Of a stretch of 64,000 nt of DNA, positions 1 to 9,800 are shown piece by piece. The notes under the pieces are model-generated. The model had not been told where the DNA came from and ran no database searches. It saw only the letters and a list, made by a program, of their open reading frames with translations. The stretch covers positions 1-64,000 of the forward strand of contig JAITVV010000067.1 of the NCBI GenBank assembly GCA_031285625.1, given 5' to 3'. Made by a program: the position numbers and the translations under genes. Positions within the stretch are counted from its first letter, which is position 1; each line of letters begins with the position of its first letter. This stretch comes from Prevotella sp. Lineage in GTDB: Bacteria > Bacteroidota > Bacteroidia > Bacteroidales > Dysgonomonadaceae.

Positions 1-285
1 GAACAGATAACATTTGTCTATGCCAACGAAGCCGACTTGCTGAATGTTGCTCTCTTTGGAAAAACGGCTAAACAGTGGCGTGATGAAAACCCGAATGACA
101 AAGGAAATATCCGCGATTACGCCACGCTGGAACAGTTGGTTGTGCTGTCGAATCTGGAAAGTATTAATGCCTTGCTCATTCGTCAAGGTCTTCCACAAGG
201 GGAACGCCTTGTGCAACTTAACAACACAGCGATTACACAAATGCGCTCACTGACAAGCAATAAAAACTTGAAACGATTACAATAA
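1..285 (+). CDS. KilA-N domain DNA-binding protein, C-terminal part (5' end outside window)
   Basis: Frame is open from base 1 (EQITFVYANEADLLNVALFGKTAKQWRDENP..GNIRDYATLEQLVVLSNLES); this matches the conserved C-terminus of Bacteroidota KilA-N proteins often carried on mobile elements. Confidence 0.8.
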   Translation, partial: EQITFVYANEADLLNVALFGKTAKQWRDENPNDKGNIRDYATLEQLVVLSNLESINALLIRQGLPQGERLVQLNNTAITQMRSLTSNKNLKRLQ

Positions 286-640
286 TCTTAAAATTTGAAG
301 GCAATAAACCTTTCTTTATCCGAACACAAAGGTATGTTCCAAGAACGAAACGTCAAGGCTAAAATGAATTTTATCAAAAATCTTCCATTCTCATACCTCG
401 AAAGAGTATTTCCAATAAAAGCCTTGCCTTATTCATTCTTTCCACAGGAGGAGTGTTTATCGGAAAAAGAAAGGGAAAAAATATGTGTTGGTTCAAAAAT
501 AATGCGTACTTTTGGCGTGAGTTATTTGACAGTATAGCACCGCAAAACGCTGAAATACGCACGGTTACTAACTCGTTACCTCTGAAATCTGAAAAATTTA
601 CTAAAAGTTTATTTCTCAATCGGTTATATCAAACTGGTGA
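1..640. mobile_element. Probable terminus of an ICE/conjugative transposon
   Basis: KilA-N-type cargo gene followed by a non-coding tract with paired GTTAC units (GGTTACTAACTCGTTACC, 563-580) resembling integrase arm-type sites at Bacteroidota CTn ends; no integrase in window and exact boundary not determined. Confidence 0.5.
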
Positions 641-660
641 AAATCTAAAATAGATATCCT

Positions 661-687
661 TTTGTCATCCTGAGGCACGAAGGATCT
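661..687. repeat. REP-like element, single copy
   Basis: TTTGTCATCCTGAGGCACGAAGGATCT: TGTCAT head plus short internal palindrome ATCCT/AGGAT; same family as the copies at 2196 and 17792. Confidence 0.65.
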
Positions 688-719
688 TGACTCTCAAAAG
701 AATTTAATAAAATAAACCA

Positions 720-2174
720 ATGAAAAAACATATACTGATAGCTGTAACCCTCTTTTGCGCAACAACGTTATTTGCCCAAAAGAATAATATCCAGCTTAAA
801 TTCAACAAAGATGGATATTTCAAAATTGCCCAGTTTACAGATTTGCACTGGAGTAATAATTCGCCTAATTGTAGTAAAACGATAGAAGTTATTAAGTCCG
901 TTATTGCCACAGAGAAACCTGATATGGCCATACTGACGGGGGACGTTGTCACCGATACCCCTGCTAAAGAAGGATGGCTCAGAATTGCCAAAATTTTTGA
1001 GGAAGTAAAAATTCCTTGGGCTGTAACATTAGGTAATCATGATGAAGAGGCCGGTATTACAAGAGATGGCGTTTTCGACCTTCTCAGTAATCTCCCGTAT
1101 TTCGTTGGAGAAAAAGGGCCGGAACTGACAGGCAGTGGTAATTATGTATTGCCTGTTCAGGCGCATAGTGGGACTAAAACCGCAGCTTTATTATATTGTA
1201 TCGATTCGCACAACAAACCATCTGCTTATAAATACGGGCATTACAACTGGATACATTTCAACCAGATTGACTGGTACCGCAAAACCAGTGATAAATATAC
1301 GGCGCAGAATAATGACACACCGCTTCCTGCATTGATGTTTTTCCATATACCCGTTTTGGAATTCAATAATATTGTCGGAAAAGAAAAAACAATCGGTAAT
1401 AAAGAAGAAGGTGTAGCTTCTCCGGAAATAAATTCAGGTATGTTTTGTTCCATAGTGGAGAAGAAAGATGTAATGGGTGTATTTGTAGGACATGATCATA
1501 ATAATGACTATATAGGTATCGATCAGGGAATAGCGCTGGCATTCGGACGTACTACCGGAGTAGATGCTTATGGTAAACTGGAAAGAGGCGGACGAATCAT
1601 AAAAATGTATGAAGATAAAAACCAGTTCGATACATGGATACGAACCCCTAAAGGCATAGAGTTGGAATATTACTATCCTTCGGGATTATCCTTATCCGAC
1701 GAAGAAACAATGGAATACCTGCCTGCTAAGAAACTTGAGGTTGTACGTCAGGGCGTGGCATACAAATACTATGAGGCTGATCATAAGCTGATACACACTG
1801 ATATGATCGCTTCCGCTAAATTTATAAAAGAGGGGATACTTAATAATTTCTCTATTGCTCCGGCTACAGCTATGGACTCTATGGCTCTTGAATTTAAGGC
1901 ATATATAAAAATACCGGAAAGAGGGGTTTACCAGTTCTATACATTTTCTGATGATGGTTCCAAACTTTTTATTGACGGTAAGGTGGTTGTAGATAATGAC
2001 GGTTCGCACAGCCTGAAACGTGCTGATGGGAAAATCGCCCTCGAAGCAGGATATCATGAGCTGAAACTTCTGTATTTTGAAAATTATATGGGAGAATTTC
2101 TTGAAGTAGGTATATCGAGCCGCAATATAAGGGAAGATGTTATTCCGGATAATATGCTTTATATTGGTAAATAA
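720..2174 (+). CDS. Secreted calcineurin-like metallophosphoesterase (Dcr2-like) with C-terminal PA14 domain
   Basis: Signal peptide; metal motifs DLH, GD, GNHD, FHIP, GHDH; PA14 motif YQFYTFSDDGSKLFIDGKVVVDNDGSH. Confidence 0.85.
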   Translation: MKKHILIAVTLFCATTLFAQKNNIQLKFNKDGYFKIAQFTDLHWSNNSPNCSKTIEVIKSVIATEKPDMAILTGDVVTDTPAKEGWLRIAKIFEEVKIPWAVTLGNHDEEAGITRDGVFDLLSNLPYFVGEKGPELTGSGNYVLPVQAHSGTKTAALLYCIDSHNKPSAYKYGHYNWIHFNQIDWYRKTSDKYTAQNNDTPLPALMFFHIPVLEFNNIVGKEKTIGNKEEGVASPEINSGMFCSIVEKKDVMGVFVGHDHNNDYIGIDQGIALAFGRTTGVDAYGKLERGGRIIKMYEDKNQFDTWIRTPKGIELEYYYPSGLSLSDEETMEYLPAKKLEVVRQGVAYKYYEADHKLIHTDMIASAKFIKEGILNNFSIAPATAMDSMALEFKAYIKIPERGVYQFYTFSDDGSKLFIDGKVVVDNDGSHSLKRADGKIALEAGYHELKLLYFENYMGEFLEVGISSRNIREDVIPDNMLYIGK

Positions 2175-2195
2175 TTATCTAATATAAGATAACTT

Positions 2196-2278
2196 TTGTC
2201 ATGCTGACGAAGGAAGCATCTCGACCCATTTATCAAAGAAAGAAGAGACGGGATTCTTCATTACATTCAGAATGACAA
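2196..2278. repeat. REP-like inverted doublet
   Basis: TTGTCATGCTGACGAAGGAAGCATCT ... GATTCTTCATTACATTCAGAATGACAA; the right arm is identical over 27 nt to 17841-17867. Confidence 0.75.
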
Positions 2279-2307
2279 TAAACAGTCAAACAGGTAACAG
2301 AAAAAAC

Positions 2308-2343
2308 ATAGCAAAAAGTGTCACTTTTGTCACCTTTTGCAAA
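2308..2343 (+). promoter_or_regulatory. Candidate promoter/operator with tandem TGTCAC
   Basis: ATAGCAAAAAGTGTCACTTTTGTCACCTTTTGCAAA; a near-identical copy lies on the minus strand at 17921-17958. Confidence 0.45.
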
Positions 2344-2391
2344 TAAAATATTGAAAATAAATAGTTTACAAAAAGTAACAAATACCATAAA

Positions 2392-3996
2392 ATGAAAAGA
2401 ATTTTAAGTATTATTGTTCTGACTTTAGTCTCATTCAACTTATTCTCACAAGAGAATGACGAGACACCTCCTAAATATAATCTTCCTTACAAAAACACAT
2501 ATGTAAAGGAAGCATTGGTAACCGAGAATGAATTTCGCATAACCAGACCGGAAGAGATCATCCCTAAGAGCTTTGAGGAAGCTAAGAATATACTGCCTGC
2601 CCCTATCTGGGAAGGACATGCAAAGGAGATTGAAATGTATTGGAGAGCATGGGAGATAGCAGTAGGTAATATCCGTCAGCCACAGAAGGGTTCGGGCTTT
2701 GTTTCCAGTTATCTCGATACAGCCTATAACGGCAACATATTCATGTGGGATTCTTCCTTTATGATGATGTTTGCCCGCTATGGATACCGTTTCTTTCCAT
2801 TCCAACATACATTGGATAATTTTTATGCAAAACAACATCCTGATGGTTTTATCTGTCGTGAAATTAAAGCTGATGGAGCAGACTGTTTCGAACGTTACGA
2901 TCCCACAAGTACCGGACCTAACCTGTTGCCGTGGAGCGAGATATTATATTATAAACAGTATGGTGATAACGAACGACTTGAAAAGATATTCCCTGCGTTA
3001 TGTGCTTACTATAAGTGGCTAAAACTAAACCGTACATGGCCTAATGGAACCTACTGGTCGAGCGGCTGGGGTACAGGTATGGATAATATGCCCCGGGTAC
3101 AGCCTCAGTATAATATGATCTATAGCCACGGTCATATGGTATGGCTGGATGCATGTCTGCAACAAATACTGATGGCAAATGTGCTTCTCGAAATCGGTTT
3201 CTACCTGGAACGCTGGCAGGAGATCGAAGAGTTTGAAGACGAAATAAAAATGCTTACCAAATATGTACATGATAATCTTTGGGATGAGAAAACCGGATTC
3301 CTATACGATCAGTATGCAGACGGAAGCCTGAGTACAACAATGGGAATGCCTGCTTTCTGGGCTTTGCATACCGATGTGCTGGATACCAGGCAACTGGACA
3401 GAATGGTTAAACATCTGGACAACCCTAAGACATTTAATCGTCCACACAGAGTTCCATCCCTATCTGCCGATAATCCAAAATACAATCCGAAAGGACGTTA
3501 CTGGCAGGGCGGAGTATGGCCGGGCACGAACTATATGGTGATAACAGGTCTTGATAAAAAAGGATATACAAAACAAGCTAAAGAAATAGCTGCCAATCAT
3601 TATAAGAATGTATTTGAAGTATATAAAAACACAGGTACATTCTGGGAATATTATGCACCGGAAGCCGCCGAACCTGGATTCATGGCTCGTAAAGAGTTCG
3701 TTGGATGGACAGGTCTTCCTCCTATCGCTGTATTTATAGAATATATACTGGGTGTACGTTCCGATTTTGCAAACAACTCTGTTGTATGGGATATAACCCA
3801 AACTGAAGCACATGGTATAGAAAGATATCCTTATGGTCCTGACGGATTAGTTACATTCAAAGTAAACAAACGCGGCTCTGCAGACGAAACTCCATCTGTA
3901 ACCGTAGAATCAAACAGAGCTTTTGAACTAACAATAAGCTGGGGAAAAGATAAGAGTAAGAAAGTGAGTATAAAAGAAGGGAAGCAAATCATCTAA
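2392..3996 (+). CDS. GH63-like (MGH1/trehalase-like) (alpha/alpha)6 glycoside hydrolase, secreted
   Basis: Signal peptide; motifs FMWDS, WGTGMDN, YWQGGVW, FWEYY, GWT. Confidence 0.75.
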   Translation: MKRILSIIVLTLVSFNLFSQENDETPPKYNLPYKNTYVKEALVTENEFRITRPEEIIPKSFEEAKNILPAPIWEGHAKEIEMYWRAWEIAVGNIRQPQKGSGFVSSYLDTAYNGNIFMWDSSFMMMFARYGYRFFPFQHTLDNFYAKQHPDGFICREIKADGADCFERYDPTSTGPNLLPWSEILYYKQYGDNERLEKIFPALCAYYKWLKLNRTWPNGTYWSSGWGTGMDNMPRVQPQYNMIYSHGHMVWLDACLQQILMANVLLEIGFYLERWQEIEEFEDEIKMLTKYVHDNLWDEKTGFLYDQYADGSLSTTMGMPAFWALHTDVLDTRQLDRMVKHLDNPKTFNRPHRVPSLSADNPKYNPKGRYWQGGVWPGTNYMVITGLDKKGYTKQAKEIAANHYKNVFEVYKNTGTFWEYYAPEAAEPGFMARKEFVGWTGLPPIAVFIEYILGVRSDFANNSVVWDITQTEAHGIERYPYGPDGLVTFKVNKRGSADETPSVTVESNRAFELTISWGKDKSKKVSIKEGKQII

Positions 3997-4100
3997 AGAT
4001 AAGGGTTACTCTGCAATGAAAAAGAACACCTGAATAATGAGTACAATAGGATATTATATGTCACTTCTTCATAAAGTATCATAACCTAAATTAGGTTACC

Positions 4101-4393
4101 ATGAAGAAAATTACATTTATCTTATTCTACCTCATTTTTCTAGGAACATTGACTTTATCTGCCCAGAGTATTATTAAAACTCCGGCACCTCCCCGACCAG
4201 CCGGACAAACAGATGTATTAGGTTTACGTTGTGACCCGATTCCGACTGTTCGCGTTGGCTTTATTGGTATAGGACAACATGTCTGGTAAAATTAACAGAG
4301 AAATCAGTCGAAAACAATGGTGCACCTGTAGAAATTCCTGATTTCACGCGTGGAGCATGGAATAAACTAAAAGGTCTCAAATTTGCCGAATAA
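4101..4393 (+). pseudogene. Internally deleted GH109-type (Gfo/Idh/MocA, NAD-dependent) glycosidase
   Basis: Signal peptide and start of Rossmann fold (VRVGFIGIG) joined out of frame to the family C-terminus CLVKLTEKSVENNGAPVEIPDFTRGAWNKLKGLKFAE* (4280-4393). Confidence 0.85.
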
Positions 4394-4400
4394 TTATATA

Positions 4401-4445
4401 AAAGGAGGCTCAGGCTGATAAAATATTAGTCTGAGCCTCTTTTTT
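4401..4445 (+). terminator. Rho-independent terminator
   Basis: GAGGCTCAGGCTGAT / ATTAGTCTGAGCCTC stem followed by a T run. Confidence 0.85.
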
Positions 4446-4488
4446 ATAGAAATCTTCCAAAAAAGTTTTCATAGATACACAAAATCCT

Positions 4489-4496
4489 TATTTTTG
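4489..4496 (+). promoter_or_regulatory. Candidate Bacteroidota -7 promoter box for the ECF sigma gene
   Basis: TATTTTTG fits TAnnTTTG, 26 bp before the start codon. Confidence 0.45.
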
Positions 4497-4522
4497 TATA
4501 AAGAATTCTAAAATAAAGTTAA

Positions 4523-5095
4523 TTGGATTTTACTCAGATTTGGAATGATTTCAGGGAAGGTGATGATCAGGCCTTTTCTATACTTTTTGAAACATATTTA
4601 GACCCGCTCTATAGATACGGGATGAAATTTGTTTCCGACGAGGACATTGTAAAAGATTGCATTCAAGATTTATTTGTGAAAATACATACTAATCGTGCTA
4701 CATTGTCTGCAACTCAGAATCCTAAATTCTATCTGCTGCTTTCTCTTAAAAACTTAATCATAGATACAATAACCAGAAATAAACGTTTGACATACGTCTC
4801 CCCTGAAAACCTACCTTTTATCGCAACTTATCAATACGGAGAAGATGAAGATCAGGAAGAGATTAATGAAGAGACTAAAGAGAAATTCGAAAAAGTTCTA
4901 GGCTTATTAAATCCAAGACAAAAAGAAGCGATCTATCTACGATTTCAAATGGAACTTTCATATGAAGAGATTTCTCAGCTGCTAGATATCAATTATCAAT
5001 CTGCTCGTAATTTAATCCATCGGTCAATTACGAAGATAAGGGAGAATATAGATTTTTCAGTCTTTATTCTTCTTTTCCTAAAAACTTTCAGTTAA
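4523..5095 (+). CDS. ECF RNA polymerase sigma-70 factor
   Basis: Region 2 (DCIQDLFVKI) and region 4 (LNPRQKEAIYLRFQMELSYEEISQLL); TTG start; adjacent to FecR. Confidence 0.92.
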   Translation: MDFTQIWNDFREGDDQAFSILFETYLDPLYRYGMKFVSDEDIVKDCIQDLFVKIHTNRATLSATQNPKFYLLLSLKNLIIDTITRNKRLTYVSPENLPFIATYQYGEDEDQEEINEETKEKFEKVLGLLNPRQKEAIYLRFQMELSYEEISQLLDINYQSARNLIHRSITKIRENIDFSVFILLFLKTFS

Positions 5096-5204
5096 TCGAT
5101 TTCGAAACTCCTCCTGAAAGATTTTTCATTTACTGTAATATTTTTATAATGATTGAGTACATGCCCAATGTATTAATCGTTTCCTTTTTAAATACACTTA
5201 ATTT

Positions 5205-6398
5205 ATGTCTGCAAATCATTCTGACAATATCATATTCTCTCTATTAGATGATGATCTATTCATACGATGGGTTCTATATCCGACACCAGAACTCAATCTA
5301 TACTGGCAAGAGCAAATAAATAAGAATGAGGAGTTAAAATCAAACATCTACACATTGAAAGATATTATAAACAAGCTCAAAATAAAAGAGCCGACACTAT
5401 CACAAGATGACAGAATGGCAATTTGGAGCAAAATTGAGCAAAACACACTTCATAAAACAAAGAAGCAACCAGCTAGAAGAGTTTGGCTGCAAGTAGCTTC
5501 TATAGCTGCTGTAATAGCTCTGTTAGTTGGCGGATACTGGGTATTTGTGCAAAATCAGGGAACATTAACGGAAACTGATTATACTTCTATCATTGTAAAA
5601 GATGAGCAATTTATCCGTTCAGATGATGTAGTACTAACACTCCCTGATAACAAGAAGGTTGCTGTTGACAGTTCAAACATTATCTATAACAAAGAAGGGA
5701 TATCTAACATACACTCAGAACAAGCAAAGGCTGAAACTGACAAGCTACAACTAAATCAATTGACTGTTCCTTATGGGAAAACAATATCCCTAACATTGAG
5801 TGATGGTACCAAAATGTGGGTAAATTCGGGAAGTAGAGTCATCTACCCTTCGGTTTTTGGTAAAGACAAACGGGAAATATTTGTTTCGGGAGAAATATAT
5901 CTGGATGTAGTAAAAAATCCAGATCTACCTTTCATTGTAAAAACAAACCATATAAATGTAAATGTGCTGGGTACAAAGTTTAATGTCTCTGCATACGATA
6001 ATGAATCTACTCAATCTGTCGTTTTGGTTTCAGGTGCAGTAGGAGTAAAAAGTAACGAACTGAAAGGGAACTACAATATTCTACCTAATCAGAAATTTTC
6101 TTATCAGGCCTCATCTAAAGAAGTAAATATCCAAAAAGTAGATGTAAATAATTATATATCCTGGATACAAGGGTATCTTCTCTTAAACAGTGAAAATCTG
6201 GACAGTGTATTACAAAAACTGGAAAGGCACTATAATATTTCATTCTCTTATGATTCAAATAAATTAAAAGATATACGCGTAAGTGGAAAATTAGACTTAC
6301 ATGGCGGAATCGAAGGTGTATTAAAATATATAGCGATCACCGTACCTATAAATTATAGCATAAATGGCAAAACCATAAAAATCGAATTAAAATCTTAA
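5205..6398 (+). CDS. FecR-family anti-sigma factor
   Basis: Central TM helix; FecR motifs LSDGTKMWVNSGS, GEIYLDV, VLGTKFNV. Confidence 0.92.
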   Translation: MSANHSDNIIFSLLDDDLFIRWVLYPTPELNLYWQEQINKNEELKSNIYTLKDIINKLKIKEPTLSQDDRMAIWSKIEQNTLHKTKKQPARRVWLQVASIAAVIALLVGGYWVFVQNQGTLTETDYTSIIVKDEQFIRSDDVVLTLPDNKKVAVDSSNIIYNKEGISNIHSEQAKAETDKLQLNQLTVPYGKTISLTLSDGTKMWVNSGSRVIYPSVFGKDKREIFVSGEIYLDVVKNPDLPFIVKTNHINVNVLGTKFNVSAYDNESTQSVVLVSGAVGVKSNELKGNYNILPNQKFSYQASSKEVNIQKVDVNNYISWIQGYLLLNSENLDSVLQKLERHYNISFSYDSNKLKDIRVSGKLDLHGGIEGVLKYIAITVPINYSINGKTIKIELKS

Positions 6399-6512
6399 AT
6401 ATAAAATGCTTATGAAAGGATAAGTGCTCAATTATCAGGTAGTTTTTACCTGCAAATAGTTAACCAGTTCAAAAAGAATAAAAATTTATTAACTTTAATC
6501 TAATGGAATTCT

Positions 6513-9500
6513 ATGAAACAATTCATTAAAAAGGACAATCCATGTAAATTTAAAAAATGCTTTCGGATGATGAAAATAAGTATTTTTTTAATGTTTCTTA
6601 GCATCGGAGTGGCTTCTGCAAGTTCCACATATAGTCAGAATGCCATGTTATCATTGAAAGTTCAGAACAAGACACTGAAAGATGTTTTCCGTGACATAGA
6701 AAGTCAAAGTGAATATATCTTCTTTTACAATGATGAAGCAGTAAATGTAAATAAGCGAGTAGACGTATCTGTTAACGAAGCTACTATCTATGAAGTACTG
6801 GATCAGGTACTTGACAAGAAACAGTCTAGTTACAAAGTGGTAGACAGACAAGTTATTTTATTTAAAAATGTTGTAGCTCCTAATCCCGAAAGTGAGGTTG
6901 TAAAGGAAGAGCAACAGACATATACCACAACAGGTGTGGTAAAAAGTAATACTGGTGAACCGCTTATCGGAGTCAGTGTTATCGAGAAAGGAACAACAAA
7001 TGGTGTTCTCACCGATATTGATGGTACTTTTACAATTAAGACAGCAAGTAATAATGTGACCCTTGTTTTCAGTTATATCGGTTTCGAATCTACTGAGATA
7101 CAAACAAACGGAAGACAGAAAATAGATGTAATCCTTCAGGAAAAAGCATCTGACCTGGACGAAGTGATCGTGGTTGCATACGGTACACAAAAGAAAAGCT
7201 CTGTGACTGGTGCAATCTCAGTAGTAAATGCTGATAAATTAAAAACGGTGACTACCCCGAATGTAAATGCCATGCTACAAGGGAAAGTAGCCGGAGTACA
7301 GGTACTAAACAAAAGTGGTAAACCAGGCGAGGCCGCTGATATAAAGATCAGGGGTAAAGGCACACTTAATGCAAATACTAATCCTCTATGGGTAATTGAT
7401 GGTGTAGTATCCGGTACAGGTGCATCACTTAACCCGAATGAGATAGAAACGATCAGCGTACTAAAAGATGGTGCAGCCACAGCATTATACGGTTCCAGAG
7501 CTACAAATGGTGTTATACTTGTAACCACTAAAAGCGGACGTATGGGTGAAAACAAAGTAGATGTTTCTGTTAAGCTTGGAATTAATAATCATAATCTGGG
7601 TAAATTTAAGTTAATGAATGGCCAAGAGTTATATAACTATGCAAACTCAATGCCTGGAATAAAAAATGTTTTCCCTAAATTCTCCGAAGATCTTTTAAAA
7701 CATGATACAGATTGGTATGACCTTGCCACTCAGACTGGGTTTACTCAGAACTATACCGTTTCGTATACAGGAGGTGGGGATAAAGTCAGATCTTTTGTTT
7801 CTGCAGATTACTATGGAGAAGAAGGCGCTGTAAAAGGTTATAAATATGACCGCTTCAATGTAAGAAGCAATAATGATTATAAAATTTCCGACAAATTAAC
7901 CCTGAAAACAAAAATAGCCGGAAGTTACTCTACAGTCGATGATAAGATACATAGTGTTCAGAGTGCTATGAATTATCTTCCTTGGGATTATCCTTACAAT
8001 GAAGATGGCAGTATCCGTACCGGAAAAGAAGCTGACTGGTATGGCAGGGATAAATCAAATTATTTATATAATCGAAAACTAGACTGGGGTAAATCAAAAA
8101 CACTAGGCGTTACAGCCACAATAGGTGCTGAATATAGAATAACCGATTACCTGACATTCGAATCCACTAATAATATCGGATATACTTACAAACGAACAAC
8201 AAATTATGGAGACCCCCGTTCTATCGGTGCATCAGAATATAGTGGCTCTATTAACAGTATAAACGAGTTTACAACAACCAGATATACGAATCAACTTTTA
8301 CGTTTCAATCATATATTCAACGATATACATGCTGTAAGTGCATTTCTGGGATATGAGTATAGTGATTATCAGTACGAAAAAGATGATGTAACTGCCAGAG
8401 GAATACCTCCGGGAGGAGAAGTATTGGGTGTAGCTGCAAATCCATATGCAACTAAAGGTGAAAAAAGAGAAACAGCAATGCAATCTGTTTACTTTAACGC
8501 CAATTATACATATAACGACAAATATATGGGGCAGTTTTCATATAGGCTTGACGGTTCTTCCCAATTTGGTAGTGATAATCGCTACGGAAGCTTCTTTACT
8601 TTTGGAGGAGCATGGTCTATACATAATGAGAATTTTATGAAAGATATAGAGTTTATAAATCAGTTAAAACTCAGGGCAAGTTACGGATCAGTTGGCAACA
8701 ATCCTGCCAGCAGCTACGATTACATGTCATTATACTCTTTATCAACCCATTACAACGGAATTCCGGCTGCTTTTCCTGAAGTACTTGGTAATTCTGATTT
8801 ATCATGGGAAAAATGTTATGAAACAAACATAGCATTGGATACACGTTTATTCGACCGGGTTAATTTCAGCATCGATTATTATTATAAAAATACTTCAGAC
8901 TTATTATATGCTGTTCCTTTAACTAATATCACAGGATATTCAAGCCAATGGCAGAATATTGGTGCTGTTAAAAATGAAGGCGTCGAAATCACATTAAGCC
9001 CCGAGATAATAAAGACTAAAGACTTCACTTGGGATATGGATTTCAACATCGGAATTAACAAAAGTAAGATCAAAGAATTATATGAAGGCAAGCGCCAGAT
9101 TGATGGAAACAAGGTCAGGGAAGAAGGTGATGCTATGGATACATGGTTTATGTATGAGTGGGCTGGTGTAGACAGATACTCAGGCGCACCTCTATGGTAT
9201 ATGCAGAATGAAGATGGAACAAAAACATTAACAACAGATTATGCTAAAGCATCCCGTGAAAAAATGGGCAGTTCAAATCCGGATTTCACAGGAGGTATAA
9301 TGACAAGACTTTCATATAAAGGACTCTCTTTATCTGCAGCATTCTCTTTTGTTTCGGGAAGTAAAATCTATCATTATGCACGTGAGTTTTACGATAATGA
9401 CGGATACTATGTTACATATAATTCTATGAAACTGAATGATGGTTGGTCCAGATGGGAGAATCCGGGTGATATTGCAACACATCCTCAAGCTATAGCCGGA

Positions 9501-9782
9501 GGTAATAATAATTCTAATAAGCCTTCTTCCAGATACTTGGAAGATGCCAGCTTCTTCCGTATGAATAACCTAACTCTTTCTTATAGCATACCTGAAAAAG
9601 CAATACGTAAATTCGGTCTGAAATATGCAAATATATCTTTAAGTGGAGAAAACTTATTCTGTATTACAAACTTCTCGGGAGTAGACCCTGAACTTGGAAC
9701 AGGAAATGCCAACAGTACAGCAAACCCTGACGTATACCCCATGGCTCGCAGATTCTCTTTAGGAATTAACCTTACTTTCTAA
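6513..9782 (+). CDS. SusC-like TonB-dependent transducer with N-terminal signalling (STN) domain
   Basis: N-terminal STN-like extension; plug motif ISVLKDGAATALYGSRATNGVILVTTK; C-terminal GINLTF. Confidence 0.95.
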   Translation: MKQFIKKDNPCKFKKCFRMMKISIFLMFLSIGVASASSTYSQNAMLSLKVQNKTLKDVFRDIESQSEYIFFYNDEAVNVNKRVDVSVNEATIYEVLDQVLDKKQSSYKVVDRQVILFKNVVAPNPESEVVKEEQQTYTTTGVVKSNTGEPLIGVSVIEKGTTNGVLTDIDGTFTIKTASNNVTLVFSYIGFESTEIQTNGRQKIDVILQEKASDLDEVIVVAYGTQKKSSVTGAISVVNADKLKTVTTPNVNAMLQGKVAGVQVLNKSGKPGEAADIKIRGKGTLNANTNPLWVIDGVVSGTGASLNPNEIETISVLKDGAATALYGSRATNGVILVTTKSGRMGENKVDVSVKLGINNHNLGKFKLMNGQELYNYANSMPGIKNVFPKFSEDLLKHDTDWYDLATQTGFTQNYTVSYTGGGDKVRSFVSADYYGEEGAVKGYKYDRFNVRSNNDYKISDKLTLKTKIAGSYSTVDDKIHSVQSAMNYLPWDYPYNEDGSIRTGKEADWYGRDKSNYLYNRKLDWGKSKTLGVTATIGAEYRITDYLTFESTNNIGYTYKRTTNYGDPRSIGASEYSGSINSINEFTTTRYTNQLLRFNHIFNDIHAVSAFLGYEYSDYQYEKDDVTARGIPPGGEVLGVAANPYATKGEKRETAMQSVYFNANYTYNDKYMGQFSYRLDGSSQFGSDNRYGSFFTFGGAWSIHNENFMKDIEFINQLKLRASYGSVGNNPASSYDYMSLYSLSTHYNGIPAAFPEVLGNSDLSWEKCYETNIALDTRLFDRVNFSIDYYYKNTSDLLYAVPLTNITGYSSQWQNIGAVKNEGVEITLSPEIIKTKDFTWDMDFNIGINKSKIKELYEGKRQIDGNKVREEGDAMDTWFMYEWAGVDRYSGAPLWYMQNEDGTKTLTTDYAKASREKMGSSNPDFTGGIMTRLSYKGLSLSAAFSFVSGSKIYHYAREFYDNDGYYVTYNSMKLNDGWSRWENPGDIATHPQAIAGGNNNSNKPSSRYLEDASFFRMNNLTLSYSIPEKAIRKFGLKYANISLSGENLFCITNFSGVDPELGTGNANSTANPDVYPMARRFSLGINLTF

Positions 9783-9800
9783 AAATAAACAGATTCAGAT

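Noticed and set aside
295-653. Short ORFs 295-537, 374-619 and 453-653
   Set aside because: Overlapping, no recognisable motifs, and lying in a probable non-coding element end
5151-5190. Possible ECF-sigma promoter (TGAGTAC..CGTTTC) before fecR
   Set aside because: Plausible position, but there is no second copy in the window to support a consensus
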